A DNA stretch of 64,000 nt from Utricularia gibba (taxonomy: Eukaryota; Plantae; Magnoliophyta). Location of the stretch: positions 4,712,001 through 4,776,000 of the forward strand of contig NEEC01000002.1 in assembly GCA_002189035.1 (NCBI GenBank). Direction: 5' to 3'. A model generated the notes under the pieces. The model saw nothing but the letters and a program-made list of their open reading frames with translations. It ran no database searches and was not told the DNA's origin. Of this stretch, positions 1-10,711 are shown piece after piece; the first letter of the stretch is position 1, and each line of letters begins with the position of its first letter. The position numbers and the translations under genes were made by a program.

Positions 1-132
1 CTTACCCTGTTCTTGCTAATAGCTCTCTCAATTTTTGAAAGGAAAGTGAGATTACCTGCACCAGAAGAATGTAAATGCATCAACTAGAAACACAAAACAA
101 TTAAACAACGCTCCCCGGCAACGACGCCAATT
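1..132 (-). mobile_element. Athila-type Ty3/gypsy 5' internal region with tRNA-Asp PBS (112-129); gag start runs off the left edge
   Basis: Minus strand reads LTR end ...GTTTATCA, then AAT, then TGGCGTCGTTGCCGGGGA, 1 mismatch to the Athila tRNA-Asp PBS TGGCGCCGTTGCCGGGGA. Further on, minus-strand AAAATTGAGAGAGCTATTAGCAAGAAC resembles the Athila (D)PEIERT gag leader seen at about 35075. Confidence 0.8.
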
Positions 133-725
133 TGATAAACGGAAATTCCTAATATCGTTGCAAAAATAGAAATTTCGTTATCAAATAAATTTATATGCCC
201 TAATCTATACAAAATAAAAATTTGGAAAACTTCTATAGTGGATATCGGGGTCGATCACGAAGAGCTTGTGCTTGCAAAGTGTTTTAGTAAATGCATAATT
301 CAGGATAACAGTAAGTCTTAGTCTAAGCTCGGACCAACAGTGGTAAACAAGTGCGGTAAACAAGATCAGTAAACAATATCACGTTTCAATGCGAAAGATA
401 ACAAGTACTGGTTCTAACTCAGAATAACACAAAGATGCCTTAAGGATCTGTAGGTGGTGTTATGCTAAAGTTCCTATCCAGGTCATTCATCAAATTTTAG
501 GCTAAGCTAAACACCAATATCATAACCAATACATCAAATTAGGTGTACCCGCATGCAAAGCATATAGAACTAGGTCTACCCGGTTCTACTGTTTCTACCT
601 CGGACTAACACCTACTGCTCCCACCTTGATTTGTTGGTCTACCTCTAAATCAAGCATCTAAGTTGTGAAACTACTTATTCCCCTCCTTAGGTCTGCCCAT
701 GGTTTGATAGAAACAAGCATCTACC
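133..725 (-). mobile_element. Family A LTR, 3' part only (5' LTR of the Athila element at the left edge, truncated)
   Basis: Begins TGATAAACGGAAATT. Collinear with solo LTR 57010-57650 (shared blocks such as GTCTTAGTCTAAGCTCGGACCAACAGTGG and TAGAACTAGGTCTACCCGGTTCTACT). Similarity stops at about 720. Confidence 0.85.
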
Positions 726-749
726 GTAGGTGTTAGTTCACATGCCACT

Positions 750-1105
750 TTGCATGTGGGTAGATTAAGCTAGGTATTTTAAACACCACACCACCTACAG
801 ATCCTTAAGGCATCTTCATACTATTCTAAGTTAGAACCAGTATTTGTTACCTTTTGCATTTAAACCAGATTTCGCTTACTGAACTTGTTTGCCACTGTTG
901 GTCCGAGCTTAGACTAAGATTTACCATTACTTTGAGTTTTGCATCTACTAAAATGCATGACAAGTACAAGCTCTTTGTGATCGACCCCGAATTCCACTGT
1001 ACACCTTTTATTTATTTGTATTTTGTGAGGATTAGGGCTTATTAATTTATTTGATTAAGAGATTTGCTTTATTTGCAACGACATTGCAAAAATTTCCGTT
1101 TATCA
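750..1105 (+). mobile_element. Family A LTR 3' fragment, inverted relative to 133-725
   Basis: Ends ...AATTTCCGTTTATCA at 1105. 785-1105 is the reverse complement of 133-460 (e.g. CTGTTGGTCCGAGCTTAGACTAAGA) and matches 52700-53026. Confidence 0.85.
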
Positions 1106-2202
1106 TGTCTAATCATAAGCCTTGACATGTGGAACATGGGAGTCCTTGGCATGCGAAATCATTAGCGTATCATTGTCAGAGCAGAACTTTTGTGCAAGTC
1201 ACTTCAATTCACAGCAGAACCAAGAGGACATGAAAACTCAGACTCTCATTGAAGTTCAGTTCTTTTCAAACAAAAAGTTTGAGTTGGAAGTTTCAATTTA
1301 GACTTTGTTTCTTTTTCTAGAGGATATTACTCTAGCTTCTCTCTAGAACCTTGCTTTCGTTTTCTTTAGTTTGTATGGCCATTCGCAGCTAGAAACATCC
1401 GTTTTTGGGGTTGGGATACTCTGAGATCTATGTTTCGTTAGTTTATCTTTATCACTTCTTTTAATCCGAATGGCTTTCGTATGTTTTCGCGCGACTATGT
1501 TACAGTCTTTCTGTAACAGTCCCCTTATATAAGATTCATTATTAGCTGATCACTATCTACAAGTTTTGGAGAGAAGCAAGGTGGAGAGAACTCAGACCTT
1601 TTTGGCATGAGGAAGATCTTTTTTTGTCTATGGCCGTACCTCTGGATCAATGGACATATAGTGACATCATATCTGGACTCATTGGGTCATTAACAACACT
1701 CGGGCACACGTGCGCAATTCGACCGTGAGGGTACGTTGGTAGGACCTCTTATCTTCACCTTCATCCAAGGAGGAGCAACGCTGGGCTATTCTCATGCCTT
1801 CTTGCAAGAGTGTAAGGGAGGATAGGCAATTCCTTACTCCTATAACCGAGTACTCGAGAAGATCAAAGAAGAATGGAGACGCAACGAATGTAGCTGGCAG
1901 GATTCCAAACCCAGGAACATTTGTTTTATTTAAGGTTCATCGCTTACGTTTACTTCTGTTGTTTGTTTAAAACCCTCTTACCCCCTTACTCAAGTTTCAT
2001 CATTTATGTTTCTCACACTTTTTACTTTACAAACCATTTACAAATTGTGACATTTGTATTTGGTGTAACCTCACCTTTCACTGAAAAACAACTCACTGTG
2101 TTCGACACCCATACTACGCTTTTGTGTTTTATGAGTTTTTAAAAATATTAAAATTTATTGTAGAAATGACATGCATCAAATTTTTTGCACCGTTGCTTGG
2201 GA
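1106..2202 (+). mobile_element. Family B-related 5' LTR (ends 2178) plus degenerate tRNA-Asp PBS (2185-2202)
   Basis: 3' end ...GAAATGACATGCATCA aligns with ...GAAACGACACGCAACA of LTR 5562-6505, and internal blocks are shared (TTCCTTACTCCTATAACC; GAAAAACAACTC). It is followed by TTGCACCGTTGCTTGGGA (14/18 to the PBS). The left boundary is uncertain. Confidence 0.75.
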
Positions 2203-2467
2203 GTTGAAAATATTTTTTTGTTTGGTGTTGTGTGTGTGAGTTTCGTTTTTCTTTTTTCTCTTTGTTTTGTTTTCTTTTTCTTTCTTTCTTTTCCTTGTTT
2301 CCGTTTCTGCTCTATTTTTCTCTTTTTATTCAGCTAGGTCCACTGAGGGTTCATCCAAGTTTGAGAACTTACCGAGAAGTTCTATATCCTTTGGACCAAG
2401 AGGTGGAACGAAATTTTCTTGCAAAAAAGAGGGAGCAGACGTCTTTTTCAATCACTGGAGACATCAT

Positions 2468-3430
2468 GGCAGCACGTATACTCGTTGGAGTACTCATAGT
2501 GCCCGAGACCCAGGGAGGACAACCTCACGTAAACTTCCCAGTATTGCCTCCCGCTAATCATGGGCCAGCACTATGGACCATCAAGAAAGAAATCACTGCG
2601 AATCATTCAGATCATCCCTTATGCATCATCTTTGATGGAGAAGAAGACTATGAGCTACGTCCTTACTTATTCCAGACGCTTTCGAAGTTTGCTAGAAGGG
2701 AAAATGACGACTCCAACCGTCATCTACGTGAGCTACACACGGCTTGTGCATCCATGTGCCCCAAGGGAGCCACGGAGAATTAAGTCAAGCTTGGAGTGTT
2801 TCCCTTCAGTCTTGCCGAACGAGCTTTGAAGTGGCTCTATGGACTTCCCCCATCATCTATTTCCACATTGGAGCAGATGGTTCAAAAATTCTTGGATCAC
2901 TATGCACAACTAGGAAGAGCTTTAGCCGGAAGTAGAGCTTTGACTACCATGATGCAAAGCGAGGGAGAAAACTTGCAGGAGTATTATGATCGTTTCAACC
3001 AAACTTGCAACTCCTACCCTCAACATGGACTCACTGAAGGCCAGATCTTGTAGCACTTCTATAAAGGATTGACTCATATGATCCGAGGACAGATGGATGC
3101 CACCTATAATGGATCATTATTAGCGAACCATCACAGTTTTGATGCCCGGAAACTCATTGAACAAATGGCTGCCAATTCCTATTCTACTGCCAATCATTAT
3201 GACTACTCCTACAGACCACCTGGAGAAAACGTAGGAACAACAAAAGCTCTCTATGAAGTGGACAACTCAGAAGTATTGGCTCAACTTGCAGCAATGAATG
3301 ACACGTTTAAGTTTGGTCTTCAAGACTTGCTTCAATAAAAGGAAGGATATCAAGGAGCCTCAAGTTCTACGCCATCTCACATTGATCTAGGACCGAGAGT
3401 TCATGAAATGCCAGTGGAAGAAGTCAAATG
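2468..3430 (+). pseudogene. Athila-type gag (Retrotrans_gag) pseudogene with in-frame stops
   Basis: Consecutive ORF pieces YELRPYLFQTLSKF..DSNRHLRELHTAC, VFPFSLAERALKWLYGLPPSSIST, QSEGENLQEYYDRFNQTCNSYPQHG and MDATYNGSLL, typical of Athila gag. Lies directly downstream of an LTR and PBS. Confidence 0.85.
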
Positions 3431-3434
3431 CATA

Positions 3435-4300
3435 CACATATTTATAGATGATAAATATAAACTTTTGATAGTTGTTACAATTGATGTAAACAATTACATA
3501 CACTATAGATATGCAATAGTACTTGGTGATATCAAACTAGATTGGGCATGGTTTTGAAACAACTAGGTAGACATGTGATATGTGGAAGACAAAGTGTTTG
3601 CATAATAAGTGATTGAGGTGTTGTACTTATTTTTTCTTAAAACATTTATCTAGCACATAAGAATGATCAAAAATCATGATGAATTTTTTATAAAGTACTA
3701 TGAGAAGCTAGACATCTTCCACCAATGTCTATTGTAAAGGTAATGCTATAATTAATACTAAATTAATATGATTGTGAATATCACATACATGTGTTCTTAT
3801 GTTCATATCACATTTCAGAAGACTAGGGAATATTTTGACAAAATTAGTATAAAGTATGATGAAGCCTTAAGAATGCTCTACAACCTGACATATACCATAT
3901 ATGACTCTATAAACACTGTTGTAAGGTGAAATTTATTAGTCCACACAGTACACTATCGAATGATGCCTACATTATTGAAAGAAAGTGCATTTGTGGAATT
4001 TGAAAAATTGAGAGATATCCATGTTGTCATGCTTAAATATATATATATATTAATATATTTCACAAAATATTTGTAGGCTTGTCATTACTTTCAAATAAAT
4101 CCAAGAGATCATACGAGTGACTATTAAAGAGTTTCATTTCTTGTGAACACCTATTTTATGCAAATTCGTCCAATAAGACTTGAATTTCATTGGGTGCCTG
4201 CACCTTTTTTTCTTTTAGCTGATGAGTTTAGGAAACAATTACAACATGGTCATCCTAATTCAACAAGACACAAAGGACCTGCAGATTTTTAATACTCAAG
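3435..4300 (+). mobile_element. Degenerate MuDR/MULE transposase remnant
   Basis: Translation KLLIVVTIDVNNYIHYRYAIVLGDIKLDWAWF matches the MULE core (LL.A...D.NN.I.P.A.AIV..E....W.WF). Later TYFMQIRPI and GHPNSTRHK resemble the post-SWIM region. Many stops. Confidence 0.6.
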
Positions 4301-4699
4301 GAGACATCGGATATATCCATTAAACTTGGAGAATATATATGATTTGAGTACTTATCCATCAAATCAACCTTATAAGAAAATGAGATATCGATAATGTTTT
4401 CCAAATGGAATTCATAGTTCTTGATAACACATATTATTGAATGTTTAAGGATAAGAAAATGACTAATTTTTGCTACAAAACTCAGATTTTATTTTTTATT
4501 TTTATTTTTTGCTTAACTAGTACCATCATTTGCATCTTTTTTTCGTAGTTGGGATTAAATTTACAATTTAGTCTCAATCTTAGTTAGTCGTTCTCATAAG
4601 CAATGTAGCATATGTTAGCAACCCAAATTTCAAGGATCCAAAAGAGAACAATGAAGTTGAAGAAGATAAAGAAAAAAGTTGAATGAAGTATCCCAAATC

Positions 4700-5150
4700 C
4701 CAAGGTGAAGAAAAAAGAGGAGTTTTTTTAATAATGAGAAAGAGAAAATATCTCCACCACTTAGAAGAACACGCCAACTTCTTGGGGAGGGGGGGGGAGA
4801 TCTGAAGAAAAACTTACTGGAAGAACGAAGAAGGCAAACTAGTAACCAAGCTTCTTTTGAAGACTTCTTTATCTTAAGAAAAACGTTATTTCTAGTTGAG
4901 AGTTGTTTTAGTTTTTCTGCGTGAACTATTTATAGTTTATGTTTCTATTATGTGTCATTTGTTACTGTTGAATTTTAGAACTGGGATGATGCTTATGATA
5001 TGTCATGAAAGTGCTTTACTTTCTCTTGTTATGAATAGCTAAAGCATTTAGTGGTGCATTATGTTGCATCATATCTCAATGTATTTGACTCAATTTCAAT
5101 GTTAGAGTATTAGTATTATGTGAGTTAGAATAGAGAAAAGGCTACAACAT
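4700..5150 (+). mobile_element. Athila-type LTR fragment related to 34189-34983 (family E)
   Basis: A G-run followed by GAGA...TTTGAAGAC and an ATGAATAGCTAA block parallel 34190-34430. Termini not found. Confidence 0.4.
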
Positions 5151-5561
5151 GCGTTGGTCAAATTATTTTTGGTAAAAACATGATTTGATCCATTTTTCCT
5201 CTTAATACAAGTGAATGGTGGTTTTATTGTTCTTCTAAGCCTATGTATATCCAGCCCATTTGGGCTGGCCCATGTTATGTGATCAATCTGCAAAGTTGTT
5301 ATGAGTATAGGGGAAAAACAAGAATTACAAGTATGAATGCAGAGGATGGATAAGGAAAGTTGATGAAAAAGAAGGCAATAATCTTGTTTGGCTGGAGAAT
5401 TCATCTATTTGATTGAGATTTTTCTCTCTAAAGAGTATTTTTGTGATTAGAGTGAAAGAAAAGACAAAGGAGAGGCGTTCCAACGTGACACTGGGACTAA
5501 TCTATGCCGCCAGAAGTGTAGTTGAGATCTGAACAAAAGGTAAGGAGGCTTGGGAACCTAT

Positions 5562-6505
5562 TGTTAAGTGTCATTTTTTAGTTATTTATTAGGTATTATT
5601 ATGTGTTAATTATGTATTAAGTCGTCCAATTATGAATTATATTGATAAGTAATTGATTTTTCTAGAAAAATCCTATTTTCCTATTTTCTATATGTTTTCT
5701 TTGTCTTTTTCTCACACTTTGACCGAGACATGTTAGGAGGCAGTCGTGGAGTGTTGCATGAAGTCAAACTTTGACTTTTTGTGCCTTGTATGCGACTTGG
5801 AACAATTGTGAGCGGAAGACTGACACTAGTCAAGGCCGTTACTTATGGCATGTCAAAGTTTGCAACAATGATTGGGCGCTAACTTGCATGCAAAGGAAAG
5901 TTGATGGTGCATGCAAGACTGAAGGAATGATGGGAAGGGACCCAAGGAGTTTATTTACGTGGGGAGTGAGATAAAAGCAACTTGGAACACTTATTTTCCA
6001 AGGACTTTTGACAACCCTACCGGTTCGAGGGAATTAGTGGATTGTTTGTGACCTAGGTACTACGACAGTGGATAGGTTGTGACCTCGAGCCTGCCACTGG
6101 CCATTGGCAATAGTTGGGCACATGCGGGCAATTCGGTTTTGAAGGCAATCGACAGCAATCCTCTTGTCTTCTCAATCGTCCAAAAGGGAATCACAGTAGG
6201 CTATTCCTTGCTCCTATAACCAGCTATTCGGAAGAATTAGTGAAAACCGAGGTAAGGAAAGACAAAGGAAGGAGATGGATTCTCATTATTAAGAACTGCG
6301 TCCTGTAGTTAAGGCCCATCATTTAAGTTGTAATTTTTATTTCTGCATTTCACAAACCCCTTTTTACAAAACGTGACATTTTGTAGAAGTTTCTTGCAAA
6401 ACACTTTTCACGAAAAACAACTCTCTGAGATTGATACCCGTACTACACTCTTTTGTGTTTTACGTTTTAAATATTTAAAATTTGTTGAGGAAACGACACG
6501 CAACA
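5562..6505 (+). mobile_element. Family B solo LTR (944 bp)
   Basis: TGTTAAGTG...CACGCAACA termini, flanked by CCTAT/CCTAC (4/5 TSD). Homologous to 40441-41747 and 43104-44085. Confidence 0.9.
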
Positions 6506-7185
6506 CCTACAGTTTGAGAAGAAGACAAGGAGAACACCGGAACTGTAGAATCGAACAAACATTTTATTTTTCTTGCAAATCTTATTTCCTGCTTTATATT
6601 TCGTGAACATGCATACTATTGCCATCTCGTGTTTTCAATATTCAACGTGTTCAAATGCTTTCATCATCTGATTTATGTACTATGCTATCTGCTTTTACTT
6701 TAGGAACCAGTCGAAGTCTTTTATTCATTTAAGCCAGAGTAGAAACCACTTTCAGAAAACCCTCCTATTTAATCCTATATATACATCAAACCAACAACTA
6801 AAAACCGTTTGCTCTCTTTGGATTGACCTGCTTACTGTTTGCAAGATTAATTTCTTGTAAATGAAATGTGGTTTGTTTGTTTAGTAATTTTAGACTTGCG
6901 ACATCTACATAATTTTCCATCTGTCGGTCCCTTGGAGTGAAAGGGGTTAACATGTTTGTCATTCACTAAATCACATTTATGACATAATCACATTATTTTC
7001 TTAACAAACCAGAATAGATCTAAGAGAAGGAAATAGTAAAGCTCACTAGAACAAACCTAATTAGAAGTAGATCAAAAATTTGGGAAAACAAGTGTTTAGA
7101 TAAACTTCAGCGTTTGTTTGTTATGTGGAGGATTTAAGATTTAGGTGGGATAATTGTAGTAATTTGCATGCTAATCCTAGGAATC

Positions 7186-8507
7186 TGATAACACACATTT
7201 TATTATTGTTTTTAAGTTATAAACTTTAAATGTTTAATGATAAAATTATGTATTTTGATTATGATTTTTAATATTTTATTAATTGTAGTGTTATTTGTAT
7301 CTTTATGCATAATATAGACTAAATTAATGATTTAGTCTATATTACGACATCTAATGTTCTTCTAAGTGTTAGTGGTAGCATTATAAATTAAATTCAACTA
7401 GTTTGTATCCACAAGTGGATGGACACAAGCCATAAGTAGGAGGCATGATTAATAGTCAGCCACCCTCAGTTTGTAGGTTCAGGTCAAGAACAATACGGAT
7501 GTCAGGAACAGTGTACTTACTTTGGAAAATGAGAAAAAAAAAAGGAGTGAAGATATTTTTGGAGAGAGAGGAAGGAAGATAACACGACCAAACCGCAAGA
7601 GGGGGAGGAAGAACACAAAAGAAGGAAGAAGAAGACGATTTTCTAGAAGAAAAATCTAAAATATGAAGAATAAGCACCGAAACCCAATTCAATACTACTG
7701 TTCCACACTATGAACAGTAGCCAACGGATACAAAACACTTTATTTGCTTAGTTTGCTGAACAGTTTATTTTCGTTTACTGCTTGTTTGACAATGTTGAGG
7801 ATATTTTTTTCAATTTATGACTATAAAATCTTGTTTTATTTTCTATACATGAGTAGTTAAAACCTTAGAAATGCCTTAAGGTATAGAATGGTGATGTAGA
7901 GTTAGGGCTTATAATGCAATTGATCTTTGTTTCTTAGCTCTTATTTATATCATTTCATAGATAGACCTAAGGGGGAACATGTAGCTTCATAACTTAGATG
8001 CTTGATTTAGATGTAGACCAATAAATTAAGACGAGAATATTAGGTATTAGTCCAAGCTAGAATCAGTAGAATCGGATAGACCTAATTCTATATATTTTGC
8101 ATGCAGTTAGTTGGTGATGATATCAAGGATTATCTTAATATAATTAATGACCTGATTAGACTTAAGTTTTTTGGAGTTGTGAGTATATAAACATTGTAAA
8201 TTAAGTTAGGAACTTTAATACTATGTCACTTGCATTACCTTTAGACATCTTAGTATTAATTTGTAGTATAACCAGTATCTCTTATTTCCAACGTTGACTT
8301 GATCTTATTTATTGAAATTGTTTATTATTGTTAGTTTAAACAACGTTTATTCTAAACTCTGCATCTACTAAAACACTTTGTAATTATTAGCTCTTTGTGA
8401 TTGACCTAAAATTTCACTTTACATTTTGCATTTAATTTATATTTTTTGTTTACAAATTTATTTGATATTTTTTTGTTTACAAATTTATAAGGAATTTTCA
8501 TTTATTA
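7186..8507 (+). mobile_element. Family A solo LTR (1322 bp, diverged)
   Basis: Starts TGATAACACACATTTT as at 51629 and ends ...TTTTCATTTATTA (vs CCGTTTATCA). TSD GAATC/GAGTC. Internal family blocks TTAGATGCTTGATTTAGATGTAGACC and GCTCTTTGTGATTGACC. Confidence 0.85.
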
Positions 8508-9752
8508 GAGTCCCAAGGCATTACCTCCATCTCATCTTAGGCAACAATTGAGTTCAATGATTTATTGGTTTTATTTCTTATATTTTATCGCAGAACAAAA
8601 TTAATGTTAACTTAAACTTAATCTGTTAACCATGACAAAAACTAAAAGGATTGATTTTCACATAGTAAGCACATAACTCCTTATGTTCGTCACTAGTTCA
8701 CTATGCTCGTATTTTTCGTATAATTGATTATGAATTATATTTATAAATTTATTTGATAGAAGAATTTGTATTTTAATGACATTGCACAATTTTTGTTTAT
8801 TCATTATCGGGGAGCGATGTTTAATTGTTGTGTATTTCAGTTGATGTATTTGCATTCTTCTAATGCAAATAATCTTGTTTTTATCCAAAACTTGAGAGAG
8901 TTATCAGCAAGAAATGTATATTTATGATGGATAACCATACAAATTAAATTATATTCTAGATGAAAATAATATTTCTTATATGATTTTAGTATAAAAAATT
9001 GTATAATATATTATTAATATGAAATTAAGTATTTATGAAAATTTAAAATATTAATAAAATATATTATATATTTAAGTATATAAAATATTATTTATTTATT
9101 TATATAAGATATTATATTCAATAATTTAAAGTTATTTTAGAATATAATTATTATATTTAATTATTACTTTTTTATATTCAATTTCGTATATTATATTACA
9201 TTTTTAAAATAGAAATAATGTTTTTATTTTTTCAATTATTTTAATTTTTTTTAATAATTCATTTCTTATCTATTCTTAATGGTGGTGGAATAATTTATGG
9301 CAATATGATTAAAAAATAAAATGAACAGTAAAAGTAGGGTAAATTGTCAATATAAACATTTTAATGCAATTGTTTATTAAAATTGATTTATAAATGAGTT
9401 ATTATGCCAATTTAATATAGAATGTAGGATATTATACTAATTAATTCGCTTTAATATATCTCATCTTAAAAGTCGGCTCTTTGACAAGAGGTCTTGATGG
9501 CAACCCCGCCCCACTATCAGGTTTCAAGTTTAAATTAGTTGACCAAACGTTCATTTTTAAAGAAATGCGGGATGTGCTTTATTGCATTTTATGGAGTTAC
9601 AAGTACACACAAGGATGCGAAAATGTTTAATTTTAATATTATTTTTTTAATGTTGAGGAAAACTCTTTCAAATGTTAAATTGAAGTAAGATTATATTATT
9701 TTATTATATGTGTTTCTGAAAACTGAATTTCATTGTAGTAATTCATGGTTAA

Positions 9753-10196
9753 GGTTACGTTTGGGAAAATTATTTCAGAATTGATTTCAGTAAAAGTGAA
9801 AATTTTAATAAACTAAGAATTAATATATGCTTTCAAGTGTTTTTCTAAAATACTTATTGTGAAATAAATTCATACTTGGAGTATAAAAAATTTAAAAATA
9901 TATTTTTATAAATAAATAACATATTTATTTATATTTATTAATAATTATATTTTACAAATTTATAATTTTAAAATATTTTTTATATACTATTATAATTTAA
10001 AATTAAGATAATTAAATTATTTATCCAAAAAATATAAGTGTAATTTCAGTTTTATAATAATTTTAGAAAATCAATTCTTATAATCAATCTAATATCTCAT
10101 ACTATTTATAAAAATGAATTGATGCTCAAAAATTATGATAAAATTTGATATAAGTTTGTAAAATAGAATTGATTTGAATGATTTACAAACGTTGAT
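9753..10196. mobile_element. Putative Tourist-like (PIF/Harbinger) MITE
   Basis: Imperfect TIRs sharing ACGTTTG/CAAACGT, TAA on both flanks (9750-9752, 10197-10199), very AT-rich interior with repeated AATTGATTT, 444 bp. Confidence 0.5.
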
Positions 10197-10711
10197 TAAC
10201 CTTCAGAATTGAGAAAGGGGGTGCTTCCGCCTTCCCGTTGTGGATTTGTATCCTCTTCCAACTGCTTTCCAATATTGTGGATTCCGGGTAAGTCTTTGGA
10301 CCCATCTCCTTTTCTGTTCACAGTACCAAAAAGGCAAAATGCGCTAGGAAAAAAAGTTACCTTTTTGCACGTACGACGTCTTCGAGTGAACGCCGTGTGC
10401 ATCTCGAATCAAATACACGATCCTCTTTTGGTGTGCATATATGTGTGAAAGAGAGATATGTAGAGAATCTCATCCATTTTGAATTATGATTCTTTTGGTT
10501 GTGCCAGTGAGGAAACGGCTGTTTGACACTCGTTGTTTCGTCGATTTGGGAAATGGGGCTGCTTTTACAGATCTTGAAGGGAAAGGGGCTCCTGGTAGAA
10601 TCTCTGAGAGTCGGATCTTTTTCTCGGATGCGTGTATGAGAACTGTTTGATTTTTGTTGTTGCCGTGTTTCTGGGAGTATGCCATTGTTGCTGCTGTCAC
10701 GTATGTTGAGG

